A stretch of DNA of 60,913 nt, the filler included, from an uncultured bacterium (GTDB taxonomy: Bacteria > Latescibacterota > UBA2968), in assembly GCA_964471275.1 (NCBI GenBank). It is 5 parts of 5 records of this genome, joined end to end, with 100 filler letters (N's around TTAATTAATTAA, not from the genome) between each part and the next. Parts side by side here need not be neighbours in the genome. Positions count along the whole stretch, not along the records: positions 12,445 to 24,773 come from CAYYGZ010000149.1; positions 24,874 to 36,929 come from CAYYGZ010000151.1; 3 more parts are not named here. One strand, given 5' to 3'. Positions 19,828-28,958 of this stretch are shown in pieces. Below the pieces are notes generated by a model. That model was not told the origin of the DNA, made no database searches, and saw nothing but the letters and a program-made list of their open reading frames with translations. Position numbers and translations under genes: made by a program. The stretch's first letter is position 1. Each line of letters starts with the position of its first letter.

Positions 19828-20543
19828 TGTGCGAACGGTTCACACTGCATACGAACGCCTCGGAGCTCCAGCTCGCGTTCAAAGGTTTCATCTTCCCGGA
19901 TGACGAGAACGAACCCCGATACAATATCGCCCCCTCACTGAACATCCTGACGGTCTCGAACGAAGGAGGAAAGCGGGTGACGCCTGCAAAATGGGGACTC
20001 ATTCCCTTCTGGGCTAAGGAACCGAAGATCGGGAACCGGTTGATCAACGCCCGCGCAGAGACGCTCGCAGCCAAACCCGCATTCCGCGATGCCTACCGGC
20101 ACAAACGATGCCTGATCCTGGCCGACGGCTTCTTCGAGTGGAAGAAGGAACCAGACGGCGCCACCAAGACACCGATGTACGTCACGCTGGAGTCCGGCAA
20201 GCCCTTCGCTTTTGCCGGGCTTTGGGACACCTGGGAACAGGCAGACGGTGAACGTCTGAGAACGTGCAAGATCATCACTACAGCGCCGAACGAGTTGATG
20301 GCCGAGATCCACAGCAGGATGCCGGTCATCCTTCCCGAAGAGGCGTATGGGCCCTGGCTCGACCCGGGCACAGACGAGCCAGAGTTGCTAAACGGGCTCC
20401 TGACCGCCTATCCGGCCGACAAGATGCAGGCCCACCCCGTTTCACATACGGTCAACTCACCTAGAAATGATACACCAGGTTGCATTGATCCGACGGATCT
20501 AGAAGTGCCCGAAGGCCCCCCACAACAGCTTTCGCTCCTATAG
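19827..20543 (+). CDS. SOS-response-associated peptidase (SRAP; YedK/HMCES family)
   Basis: Starts MCERF at the TGATG overlap. PRYNIAP, WGLIPFWAK, INARAET, RCLILADGFFEW, FAGLW, IITT.PN..MAEIHSRMPVIL and VNSPRND motifs. Confidence 0.93.
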   Translation: MCERFTLHTNASELQLAFKGFIFPDDENEPRYNIAPSLNILTVSNEGGKRVTPAKWGLIPFWAKEPKIGNRLINARAETLAAKPAFRDAYRHKRCLILADGFFEWKKEPDGATKTPMYVTLESGKPFAFAGLWDTWEQADGERLRTCKIITTAPNELMAEIHSRMPVILPEEAYGPWLDPGTDEPELLNGLLTAYPADKMQAHPVSHTVNSPRNDTPGCIDPTDLEVPEGPPQQLSLL

Positions 20544-20553
20544 GGATTACACG

Positions 20554-21318
20554 ATGACAATCGTTGACACACACTGCCACGTCGGTATCCAAAAATACGA
20601 GCCCGCTGAATCGCTTCTCTTCATGATGGCAAAGAACGGTGTAGAGAATGCTGTGTTGATCCAGTATATGGGAAATGCCGACAACAGCTATCTTGTCGAC
20701 TCAATGGAAGCGCAGGAAGGGAAGTTCCAGGCAGCAATGATTGTTGCTGCCGACGATGACGGTAACCAGATACGGAAATGGGCGGAGCAAGGCATCGTCG
20801 GCATTCGTCTGGGTCTCGACTCGCGCGCAGACAATGCGGATCCGCTGATTCACTGGCGAACCGCCGCAGAACTCGGGCTTGTGGTCAGCGCCCCCAGCCG
20901 GGTGGTGCGTCTACTCGGAGATGACTTCAGGGAAGTGATCGATACGTTTCCAGACCTGAGTATTGTGATCGAACACCTGGCCGGCGTCGGGTCCGATGCG
21001 GAGATCCCCTACGCGGAGTTCAAGGAAGCGATGAAGCTCGCCGACCGTCCGAACCTCTCGATCAAGCTCCCTGGATTCGGCGAATTCTGCAAGGTTCCCC
21101 TTCCCTTTGATCCGATACCACCGCTTGCTGATCTCGCTCTTGAGGCATTTGGGCCCGAACGGATGATGTGGGGTAGTGACTACCCCCCCGTCAGCGGCCG
21201 CGAGGGCTATGCGAACAGTTTGCGTGTACCGATGGACTATTTCAAGGAACTCAGCGAAGACGAGCGGGCCTGGATCTTCGGTAAGACCGCTTTGAGAACG
21301 TGGAGATTCGAGGACTAG
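20554..21318 (+). CDS. Amidohydrolase_2 family protein (sugar-lactonase-like)
   Basis: IVDTHCH, IVIEHLA and FGPERMMWGSDYPP motifs. Confidence 0.88.
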   Translation: MTIVDTHCHVGIQKYEPAESLLFMMAKNGVENAVLIQYMGNADNSYLVDSMEAQEGKFQAAMIVAADDDGNQIRKWAEQGIVGIRLGLDSRADNADPLIHWRTAAELGLVVSAPSRVVRLLGDDFREVIDTFPDLSIVIEHLAGVGSDAEIPYAEFKEAMKLADRPNLSIKLPGFGEFCKVPLPFDPIPPLADLALEAFGPERMMWGSDYPPVSGREGYANSLRVPMDYFKELSEDERAWIFGKTALRTWRFED

Positions 21319-21644
21319 ACCGTACGGATTCAGAATGGTGTTTACATTTCAGACTCGTTTGAGTCGGAGGCATTCCTTTTCGGGTTCCGAGAGGTCATCG
21401 CCACGCGTCTCACGGTTGTCCATCCAGCCCTGGGGTTCGGCTCCGCAGCCCCTCTTCGCTACACTTTCGTCGGACAGGCTGAGCGTCCGCACCCGAGGCT
21501 AACCGCGGTCGCCCGTTCCGGGGCTGAGACAGATTCGGATTCGAGGCCCTGTTATCAATGGTGTGTAGAGAAAGCAGCGATCCCAAATCAACTCTACCTA
21601 CTGACTCATTGTGTCAGCACCAAATATGATTCTGGACAGACTAG
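21315..21644. mobile_element. MITE-like element, copy A (330 bp)
   Basis: CTAG at both ends, with imperfect terminal inverted repeats. The reverse complement aligns end to end with 28444-28835. Confidence 0.75.
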
Positions 21645-21748
21645 ACCGGTTGGCCGGTGTTGACGCCGTGCACAAAGCGGTTACCCCGGACGACACAGAT
21701 TCTCTCAGCGGCGTTGCACGCCATCGATGAGTGCGCGCTCGACCCGGA

Positions 21749-22471
21749 TCAACCCGAAACCGTTCCAAACCGGACAAAACCCTCAGCGTAACTGCATCCC
21801 GATATCTCAGCCGTGTGATTGGCTTCCATCGCACGGTAGCGGCCGATTACCTCATAGGACCCTGGCAGAACGGGCTGTGCCGCGAGCTGTTCCAGTGCAC
21901 GGGTCTTCCGTTCGAACACGTCTGAGATGTCGACGAACGTATCCGGGAGAAAGCGAGACACCGGTGCCGTTCCGCTGGTCGTCTCATACATATACATAGT
22001 TGGTCGACGGCAAGGCTCAGATTCCGATCTGATCCCTGCAGACCCGCAGTATGAACACCCAAATATCACGGCCTCGGTCGTTGCTGCGTGATCAGGGTGC
22101 ATGATATCGTCTTTCCAGTGCGTCAGCACGATATCTGGACAGAATGCGCGTATCGCCTCCAGAATCAGAAGCTTTCTGTCTTCCCCGATCTCCAACGGGC
22201 TGTCACCCCAGTCAAAGCAATCAGCAGTAGCGCCCACGATTTCCACCGCGCGCTCGATCTCGCCTGCGCGTATGCTCTTCACCTCTGCGATCGTGGGTTT
22301 TGGGTCGCGCGCCCAAAGCGCGGTTGATTCACAGTGTTCCCCGTAGGTCAAATCGTGGACGTGCACCGTAGCACCGGACTCGACAAACTTCATGATCGTA
22401 CCGCCTGCCCTCGAGCAGAAGTCGGCTGCGTGCGCGCTGAACACCAGGACACGCTGTTTTTCAGTAATCAT
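21749..22471 (-). CDS. PIG-L family metalloenzyme, GalB (4-oxalomesaconate hydratase)-like
   Basis: LVFSAHAADFCSRAGGTI, TYGE..ES..LW, PDIVLTH..D..HPDH and PDTFVDISDV motifs. Confidence 0.75.
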   Translation of the reverse strand: MITEKQRVLVFSAHAADFCSRAGGTIMKFVESGATVHVHDLTYGEHCESTALWARDPKPTIAEVKSIRAGEIERAVEIVGATADCFDWGDSPLEIGEDRKLLILEAIRAFCPDIVLTHWKDDIMHPDHAATTEAVIFGCSYCGSAGIRSESEPCRRPTMYMYETTSGTAPVSRFLPDTFVDISDVFERKTRALEQLAAQPVLPGSYEVIGRYRAMEANHTAEISGCSYAEGFVRFGTVSG

Positions 22472-23247
22472 TCCCTACCTTTCGCTGGCCTATATCGATC
22501 TTGCCACTCCGGCAAAGAACCCTCATCCTCAGGGGCATAACCGAGCTCGTCTATCGCGTTAGTCAGATCCCACTTCTGTTCACCACCTCGAGAAACGCCA
22601 TAGTAAATCCCGAAGTTCAGCTCTTCCCTCTCGATGCACCGCCATGTCAATTGAGCACAGTCTCGGGGGCTGAGCCATCGTGCCTGTCCCTCTTCATACT
22701 TGCGGCCTGGTTCATCGAGACCGTTGAAGTTCGCGATCCTCAGGCAGAACACCCGCAGACCGTGAACATCCGCGTAGTAGCGACCCAGGGCCTCCGCAAA
22801 TGCCTTTCCTGCACCATATATCCCATCAGGTCGGATGGGTAGATCCGGTTTCGATACAAGACCTTCCTTCTCATTGAGACCGGTTACGTGGTTGGTACTC
22901 GCAAAAACCACTGTTCCCACGCCATTCAGCCTGGACGCTTCGTAGATGTTGTAGCAGCTCTTCATATCGACATCAAAGGTAAGACGCGCTATGGTGGCTT
23001 GCGCTGTCCCGCGAGGTCTGCTGAATATGGCACAGTGCGCGACGGCGTGGACCCCACGTGTGGCCTCCAGCATGGATTCAAAGTCCGAAATATCGCCGAT
23101 CACCGTCTCTTCCTCTGGCATCAGATCATCAGGCATCGTGCGGTGGAGCAAGAGTCGCAGACGGTATCGCTCACGCAGATGCTTCCGCAAGGCACCACCG
23201 ACCTTGCCCGCGGCCCCGGTAATCAGTAACCTCTTACGTTCAGCCAT
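22468..23247 (-). CDS. NAD-dependent epimerase/dehydratase, uronate dehydrogenase-like SDR
   Basis: LITGAAGKVG, VFASTNHVTG, RPDGIYGAGK (YxxxK), LRI and WLSPRD motifs. Confidence 0.85.
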   Translation of the reverse strand: MAERKRLLITGAAGKVGGALRKHLRERYRLRLLLHRTMPDDLMPEEETVIGDISDFESMLEATRGVHAVAHCAIFSRPRGTAQATIARLTFDVDMKSCYNIYEASRLNGVGTVVFASTNHVTGLNEKEGLVSKPDLPIRPDGIYGAGKAFAEALGRYYADVHGLRVFCLRIANFNGLDEPGRKYEEGQARWLSPRDCAQLTWRCIEREELNFGIYYGVSRGGEQKWDLTNAIDELGYAPEDEGSLPEWQDRYRPAKGRE

Positions 23248-23283
23248 CGTTGTTCCTCGAACCTCATTAGTGGAGTGTACCAA

Positions 23284-24045
23284 ATGCCACCTACGCCAAT
23301 CGACCCCAACTGGGTCGTCGACCTTGCCAAACGTGCCGGACAGGTCGCGCTCTCGTTCTTCGGCAAGACCACAGGGCGCCTCAAAGCGGACCGCTCGTGG
23401 GTTACGGATGCCGACCTGGCCGTAGAGAAATTCCTACGTGGAGCCATCGAAAAGGAGCGGCCACAAGATGCGATCATTGGGGAAGAAGGCGAGAAGAATA
23501 TAGACCCGGATTCCGAGTTTGTGTGGGCTCTGGACCCGATAGACGGGACCCGAGTCTTCAACCACGGATTTCCCGTCTGGGGCGTATCCATCGGGGTCCT
23601 ACGGGAAGGACGGCCTCACCAGGGAGCATTTATACTCCCGGTGATAGACGATCTCTACCATGCTGACGGTGACCGCGCGTATCTGAACGGGGTTGCGCTC
23701 AGAGCTGCTGAACCGATCATCGACGAAAATGCGGTCTTCCTGATCAGCGAGGGGGCCTACAAGGCGAGGTCTGTCGACTACCCCGGAAAGGTGATCAGCC
23801 TCGGGTCTGCGGCCGCACATCTCTGCTACGTCGCCAGAGGCAGCGCAGTGGGTGCCCTGGATAAGGCGGGAATCTGGGACTATGCGGCCGGCGCAGCCAT
23901 TCTCCGTGCCCAGGGCGTCTCGTGCCGATACGTCTCGGGTGAGGAAGTGGATTTCACGGCCCTATACGACGGCCGCGCAGTAGAACAGCCGACGCTCGTC
24001 GCACCAGATTCTTGCTTTGAGATGCTCAAGAATGCGGCGCTCTGA
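23284..24045 (+). CDS. Inositol monophosphatase family protein
   Basis: VTDAD, IIGEE, WALDPIDGT, GSAA.HLCYVA.G and WDYAAG motifs. Confidence 0.92.
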   Translation: MPPTPIDPNWVVDLAKRAGQVALSFFGKTTGRLKADRSWVTDADLAVEKFLRGAIEKERPQDAIIGEEGEKNIDPDSEFVWALDPIDGTRVFNHGFPVWGVSIGVLREGRPHQGAFILPVIDDLYHADGDRAYLNGVALRAAEPIIDENAVFLISEGAYKARSVDYPGKVISLGSAAAHLCYVARGSAVGALDKAGIWDYAAGAAILRAQGVSCRYVSGEEVDFTALYDGRAVEQPTLVAPDSCFEMLKNAAL

Positions 24046-24073
24046 GCCAATCGCGGCGCAGGTGATGAGAAAC

Positions 24074-24126
24074 CCCAGAAATAACACAGGGGAGTCCCAA
24101 TGGGACTCCCCTGTGTTATTTCTGGG
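24074..24126. repeat. Perfect 26-bp inverted repeat between convergent genes (bidirectional terminator or REP-like)
   Basis: CCCAGAAATAACACAGGGGAGTCCCA-A-TGGGACTCCCCTGTGTTATTTCTGGG. Confidence 0.85.
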
Positions 24127-24137
24127 TATTATTGGAG

Positions 24138-24587
24138 CTACTCCGGCTCGTACTCCGGGAATGCAGGCGCCAGCATGTAGGCACAATCCTCGTGGCAGCT
24201 GTTACACATAGGAACGAGTTCGCGAAATTCCTTGATCGCCCCGTTTAGGTGCCCGGCCTTTGCGTGACCGGCCAGTGCAAGCGCTGCCTGCTGAGAATCT
24301 CTGTTGTAATCAATATACTTCGATTTGTGATCCGGAGGATACAGGTCAATCACAGTCGCCCAGTTGGACTGCATCTTCCTCGCGTCCGCCTCGACACCCT
24401 CTAGTGACCGGTTCTTGAGAACCGCCATGATACGATCCGTGCTGATCTTTATCTCACGCATCTTTGCTCGCCGGGTTGGGAGATTGTCGTCAGAATCGTG
24501 ACTTCCCCCTCCATCGCACGACCATAGACCGGCAGCCAATGCGAGAACGCAAATCGAGGCAGCAACCCAGCGCAGGCGTCTATTCAT
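24138..24587 (-). CDS. Putative lipoprotein c-type cytochrome (class II / cytochrome c'-like)
   Basis: GGAGG RBS, signal peptide with LWSC lipobox, helical body and a single C-terminal CNSCH heme motif. Confidence 0.7.
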   Translation of the reverse strand: MNRRLRWVAASICVLALAAGLWSCDGGGSHDSDDNLPTRRAKMREIKISTDRIMAVLKNRSLEGVEADARKMQSNWATVIDLYPPDHKSKYIDYNRDSQQAALALAGHAKAGHLNGAIKEFRELVPMCNSCHEDCAYMLAPAFPEYEPE

Positions 24588-24679
24588 CCGTCTTTCCTCC
24601 TCGTCGTCTGGCCACCTGATGGGTGCCGAAACGTGTATGTAAAGCCGTTAATCCAGTCATTTACACCGAAACCGTGGTC

Positions 24680-24708
24680 AAGATAAGTCCCGCTCATCGA
24701 CAAGTCAA
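24680..24708 (-). promoter_or_regulatory. Putative sigma70 promoter for the cytochrome gene
   Basis: Minus strand TTGACT-N17-TATCTT. Confidence 0.4.
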
Positions 24709-24773
24709 GGTGACCCCCTTCAATGATCCGTGGGCGGGCCGTTCCGGAGCTTGGCACGCAGGATCTGGTCCTT

Positions 24774-24873
24774 NNNNNNNNNNNNNNNNNNNNNNNNNNN
24801 NNNNNNNNNNNNNNNNNTTAATTAATTAANNNNNNNNNNNNNNNNNNNNNNNNNNNNNNNNNNNNNNNNNNNN
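24774..24873. other. Artificial scaffold linker
   Basis: 44 N + TTAATTAATTAA + 44 N. Confidence 0.97.
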
Positions 24874-25719
24874 TTTTTCGATCCCCATCCGCCCTACCTG
24901 GCGCCGGAGCCGTGGGACCGGATGTATGATCCGAAGTGTCTCACCGTCCCGGAGGGGCAGGAGGGCGAGCACGACCGAAACCCACCACACTTCCAGCTGA
25001 CGCAGCACAAGAGTCCGGATTTTTCCCCATGGAAGGAGAACGAGTGGGGATTGCACGGATTCAGATCTCACCTTGTGGATCGGGACCGGCTGGCGAAGAA
25101 CATTGCCGTGTACTACGGGATGATCAGTCTGATGGACAAGCAGATCGGACAGATTCTGGATCATCTCGATGACAGGGGGCTGACAGACAATACCCTGGTG
25201 GTGTTCACGTCAGACCACGGTCACTTCTACGGTCATCACGGGTTGACCGCGAAGGGGGCGTTTCAGTATGAAGATGCGATCCGTGTACCCTTCCTGGTGC
25301 GATACCCCGGTGTCGTGGCCGCCGCAGAGACCTCAGAGTCGATCCAGTCTCTCGTGGATCTCGCCCCAACGTTTCTCGGTCAGGCCGGTGTCGACATCCC
25401 GGGTCGTATGAGCGGGGTTGACCAGTCTGACGTCTGGTCCGGTGATCGTGTAGCGGCTCGAGACCACGCGATCTGTGAGCATCGGCATACACGCGAAACC
25501 GTTCATCTGAAGACGTATGTGGACACACGTCACAAGATCACATCCTATTACAAGCGGGATTACGGTGAGCTCTTCGACCTGGAGGCCGATCCGGACGAAT
25601 ACAGCAACCTCTGGGACGATCCGGGAGCGAAGGAGCTGAAGGCTGAACTGCTGCAGAAACTCGTCCACGCCGAGATGGAAAAGGAACCGATGTGGATGCC
25701 GAGGATCTCAGGGGCGTGA
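24874..25719 (+). CDS. Sulfatase family protein, 5' partial
   Basis: FFDPHPPY, YYGMISLMD, NTLVVFTSDHG, KGAFQYE..IRVP, VDLAPT and ELFDL..DP.E..NL motifs. Confidence 0.9.
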   Translation, partial: FFDPHPPYLAPEPWDRMYDPKCLTVPEGQEGEHDRNPPHFQLTQHKSPDFSPWKENEWGLHGFRSHLVDRDRLAKNIAVYYGMISLMDKQIGQILDHLDDRGLTDNTLVVFTSDHGHFYGHHGLTAKGAFQYEDAIRVPFLVRYPGVVAAAETSESIQSLVDLAPTFLGQAGVDIPGRMSGVDQSDVWSGDRVAARDHAICEHRHTRETVHLKTYVDTRHKITSYYKRDYGELFDLEADPDEYSNLWDDPGAKELKAELLQKLVHAEMEKEPMWMPRISGA

Positions 25720-25784
25720 GCAGATGTGAAGATGTGTAGATGTGACCATTGGGGATCTAGCCCGTCATTCCATTCGGAGAGACC

Positions 25785-27107
25785 ATGAACGTCCTTGTTC
25801 TGATGTCGGATCACCACCGTTTCGATGCGCTGAGCTTTCTGGGAAACCCGCTGGCAAATACGCCGAACCTCGACAGGCTCGCGGAGCGTTCTGTCCGTTT
25901 TGAGAATTGCTACAATCAGTCCCCGGTGTGCGCTCCTGCTCGCCACAGTCTGGCAACCGGCAGGTACGCGCACGCCCAGGGCGTGATCACCAACAGACAT
26001 CGGCCTCATCCCGGGATGCATACGATCGCCCACGCTCTCAAGCCCCTGGGACATCGGCGCTTCCATCTCGGTCACATGCACTGGACCGATCGTACGATGG
26101 ACAATGGCTATGAGCCGGAGATCACTCAGGAGATGTGGCGTGAGACGATGCCGGCAGACGCGCTGGAGCGCTTTGACTGGGAAAATGATGGGCGGACACG
26201 CCGGACGACCGCCGGACCCAGCCCACGGACGCACGACCAGTACTGGGGACACCACGTGGCCTCGGAGTCGATCCGACAGATAGAGGAAGCGGTCTCAAGG
26301 GGAGAGAAGTTCCTGAGTTGGACATCCTTTACAGAACCACATCCGCCGTTCTTCCCCCCAAAGGAGATCTACGAACAGATCGATCAGGCGGCCATCGACC
26401 TTCCTTACCAGCGCCCCACAGGTTCGCCGGCTCCGCACGATCACATTCTCAAGATGCAGCAGGAATGGGAGCACCTGACCGAGGTGGAGATCCGCCAGCT
26501 AATCGCAGGATACTATGGGATGGTAAACCTGGTTGATGGGTACTGCGGGATGGTCATCGACACGCTGGATCGGCTGGGTATTCGGGATGATACGGTTGTG
26601 ATCTGGACAGCAGACCACGGCGATCAACAGTGGGAGCACGAAATGTTCCTGAAGTTCAATATGCGAGAAGCCTCAGTTCACGTACCGCTGCTGATCGATG
26701 TGCCCGGAGGGGAGAGTGGCACGCGATCCGAATTGGTCGAGCACATCGACCTGTTCCCCACGATCTGTGACCTCGTTGGTGCCAACACGCCCGACAGCGT
26801 CCAGGGATGTTCGCTGACGCCCAGCCTCGAGACCGGGGAGCCGAACGGGAGCTGGCGCGACGCCGTGTTCAGCCAGATCGCCGACCAGAGGATGATTCGG
26901 ACCGAGACCGAAAAACTGAACGTGTATGGCGACGAATCCGGGGAATACTTCAATCTGGGCGAAGATCCGAAGGAATTTCAGAATCGAATCGGGGACACCG
27001 AGTGCTCAGATCGGGTGAAGGCTCTGAGGGCGCGACTCGATCGCTGGTATGAGGATACCGCCTTGGAGGGGGCGACTGAGCGGGTTGTCAGCAAGACGAC
27101 TCCGTGA
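25785..27107 (+). CDS. Formylglycine-dependent sulfatase (choline-sulfatase-like)
   Basis: NVLVLMSDHH, TPNLDRLA, CAPAR (CxPxR), PHPP, TADHG and HVPL motifs. Confidence 0.92.
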   Translation: MNVLVLMSDHHRFDALSFLGNPLANTPNLDRLAERSVRFENCYNQSPVCAPARHSLATGRYAHAQGVITNRHRPHPGMHTIAHALKPLGHRRFHLGHMHWTDRTMDNGYEPEITQEMWRETMPADALERFDWENDGRTRRTTAGPSPRTHDQYWGHHVASESIRQIEEAVSRGEKFLSWTSFTEPHPPFFPPKEIYEQIDQAAIDLPYQRPTGSPAPHDHILKMQQEWEHLTEVEIRQLIAGYYGMVNLVDGYCGMVIDTLDRLGIRDDTVVIWTADHGDQQWEHEMFLKFNMREASVHVPLLIDVPGGESGTRSELVEHIDLFPTICDLVGANTPDSVQGCSLTPSLETGEPNGSWRDAVFSQIADQRMIRTETEKLNVYGDESGEYFNLGEDPKEFQNRIGDTECSDRVKALRARLDRWYEDTALEGATERVVSKTTP

Positions 27108-27298
27108 TTGTGCCGAACCGGGTGATCGAGTGGCGCTCGTACGCCAGTGTTCCTGGCTGTGCCGTGGCGGGCTACCCACTGCCGGGTCACAAGATGCAGA
27201 TCAGCTTACACGGCGGGAATTGTGGTCAAAACCCAGTAGACGGATGCTCTGAACAGGAAGGCTGTCGGCAAGGTCAGCCGGAATAGTAGGGGAATACC

Positions 27299-28447
27299 AT
27301 GGCAGAAGTGATTGAACGGCTGGGTGCGAGCGATTTCGATGAGGCGATGGACGTGATGGCTACGGCGTTCAGGTTTGGTGCCCCGCGAGATTTCCCTATG
27401 CTGCTTCCGCAGATCTACAGGCCTACCGATGAGTTGATGAAGGCCATCTACGCGATCCGCCGAGAGGGCAGGATCGTTTCTGCTGTAGGCGTTCATCCTC
27501 GGGAATGGCAGGTGGGAGACACGACGCTCAAACTTGCGGGGATCGGCGGCGTTTGCACGCTATCCGATTACCGGGGCCAGGGGTTGATGAGAGCTTTGAT
27601 GGAGCGGTGCGTGGCAGATATGCGGTCGGAAGGGATCCACCTGTCGTGGTTGGGCGGCGAACGTCAGCGCTACGCCTATCACGGCTACGAGAAGTGCGGG
27701 AACGTCTGCCAGTATTCCCTTCGACGGGCGAACTTCAGACACGCGGAACTCGAAGCAAAGGCCATCCGGTTCGAGCCGATGGGCAAGCACTATGCGAGTC
27801 GTTTGGCAGTCGCGAAGTCATACCACGAGGCAAAGCCGATCCACGTCAGACGCTCGCAGGATGAATTTGTTCTTTATCTACTGAGCGGATATAGCGAACC
27901 GTGGTTTGCTTTGAACGCGGGAGATGAGGTGATTGGCTATCTCGTGACGACGCCGGGCAGGGACCACGTGCGAGAGGTCGCGGCAAGAGATGTCGAGACC
28001 TCGCTGGATATGTTGGTGGCGTGGTCAGACAAGACCGACGATGACGTACACCTAAGCGTGCAACCGGACGACATCACGTTGTCACGGGCCGTTGGTGCAA
28101 TCGCAGAACGCGTGAGTGTGAACGGATCGGGCAATTGGCAGGTGTATGACTGGGAGACGACGCTCACAGCACTTCTGACTGTCCTGCACGAAGGCAGCGG
28201 TATGATCGAAGGTTCCGTCGTGATCGGAATCGATGGCGATGGCTACGAGCTGACGGTAGACGGTCAGGATGTGCGATGTATCCGTACGAGTCTGGATCCG
28301 GCATTGACCACGACGTGGCAAGAGGCGCATCGCCTGCTGTTCGGTCCCGGGCTCGCGTCAACCGTTCTCGAGATTCCCGATGCAGCGAAGCTTCTCGAAG
28401 CCTGGACTCCACTGCCGCTGGGGTTCATGCGAGCAGATTCGGTCTAG
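27299..28447 (+). CDS. Eis-like multi-domain GNAT acetyltransferase
   Basis: LAGIGGVCT..DYRGQGLMRALM and Y..HGYE motifs. 382 aa with additional domains. Confidence 0.8.
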   Translation: MAEVIERLGASDFDEAMDVMATAFRFGAPRDFPMLLPQIYRPTDELMKAIYAIRREGRIVSAVGVHPREWQVGDTTLKLAGIGGVCTLSDYRGQGLMRALMERCVADMRSEGIHLSWLGGERQRYAYHGYEKCGNVCQYSLRRANFRHAELEAKAIRFEPMGKHYASRLAVAKSYHEAKPIHVRRSQDEFVLYLLSGYSEPWFALNAGDEVIGYLVTTPGRDHVREVAARDVETSLDMLVAWSDKTDDDVHLSVQPDDITLSRAVGAIAERVSVNGSGNWQVYDWETTLTALLTVLHEGSGMIEGSVVIGIDGDGYELTVDGQDVRCIRTSLDPALTTTWQEAHRLLFGPGLASTVLEIPDAAKLLEAWTPLPLGFMRADSV

Positions 28448-28835
28448 ACTGTCCAGTGTCATAATGGTGTTGACACATTGAGCCAGTATGTAGGGTTGAT
28501 TTGGGATCGCTGCTTTCGTTAAACGCTGTTGATGACGCGGTCTCGAATCTGGATCTGCCTCAGCCCCGGAACGGGGCGACCGTCGTTAGCCTAGGGTGCG
28601 GCACTGCAGCCTGTCCGTCGAGAGCGCAGTGAAGACGGACTGCAGGACCAAACCCCAGGTTGGGCGGACAATCGTGAACCGCGTCGCGATGACTTCTCGG
28701 AACTCGAAAAGGAATGCCCCCGACGCGAATCGTACAAACACGTGCGTGCGGGTGACGGCCTCGATCCAGTGCGGTGAAGCGTCCGACCCCAACGAATCCG
28801 AACCGTACACACCATTCTGAATCTGCACAGTCTAG
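28444..28835. mobile_element. MITE-like element, copy B (392 bp)
   Basis: Left end CTAGACTGTCCAGTGTCATAATGGTGT and right end ACACCATTCTGAATCTGCACAGTCTAG form an inverted pair. Homologous to 21315-21644. Confidence 0.78.
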
Positions 28836-28958
28836 GTCGCACGCTCTGGCTCATCAATCAGATCTTCCTTCCCCAGCCAGGAGAGCGATGCTGACCATCG
28901 ACCCCAGAATGACTGTCGATGGCAGCACAAACACGCAGAGCTGCCTTGTTTTCCAACT

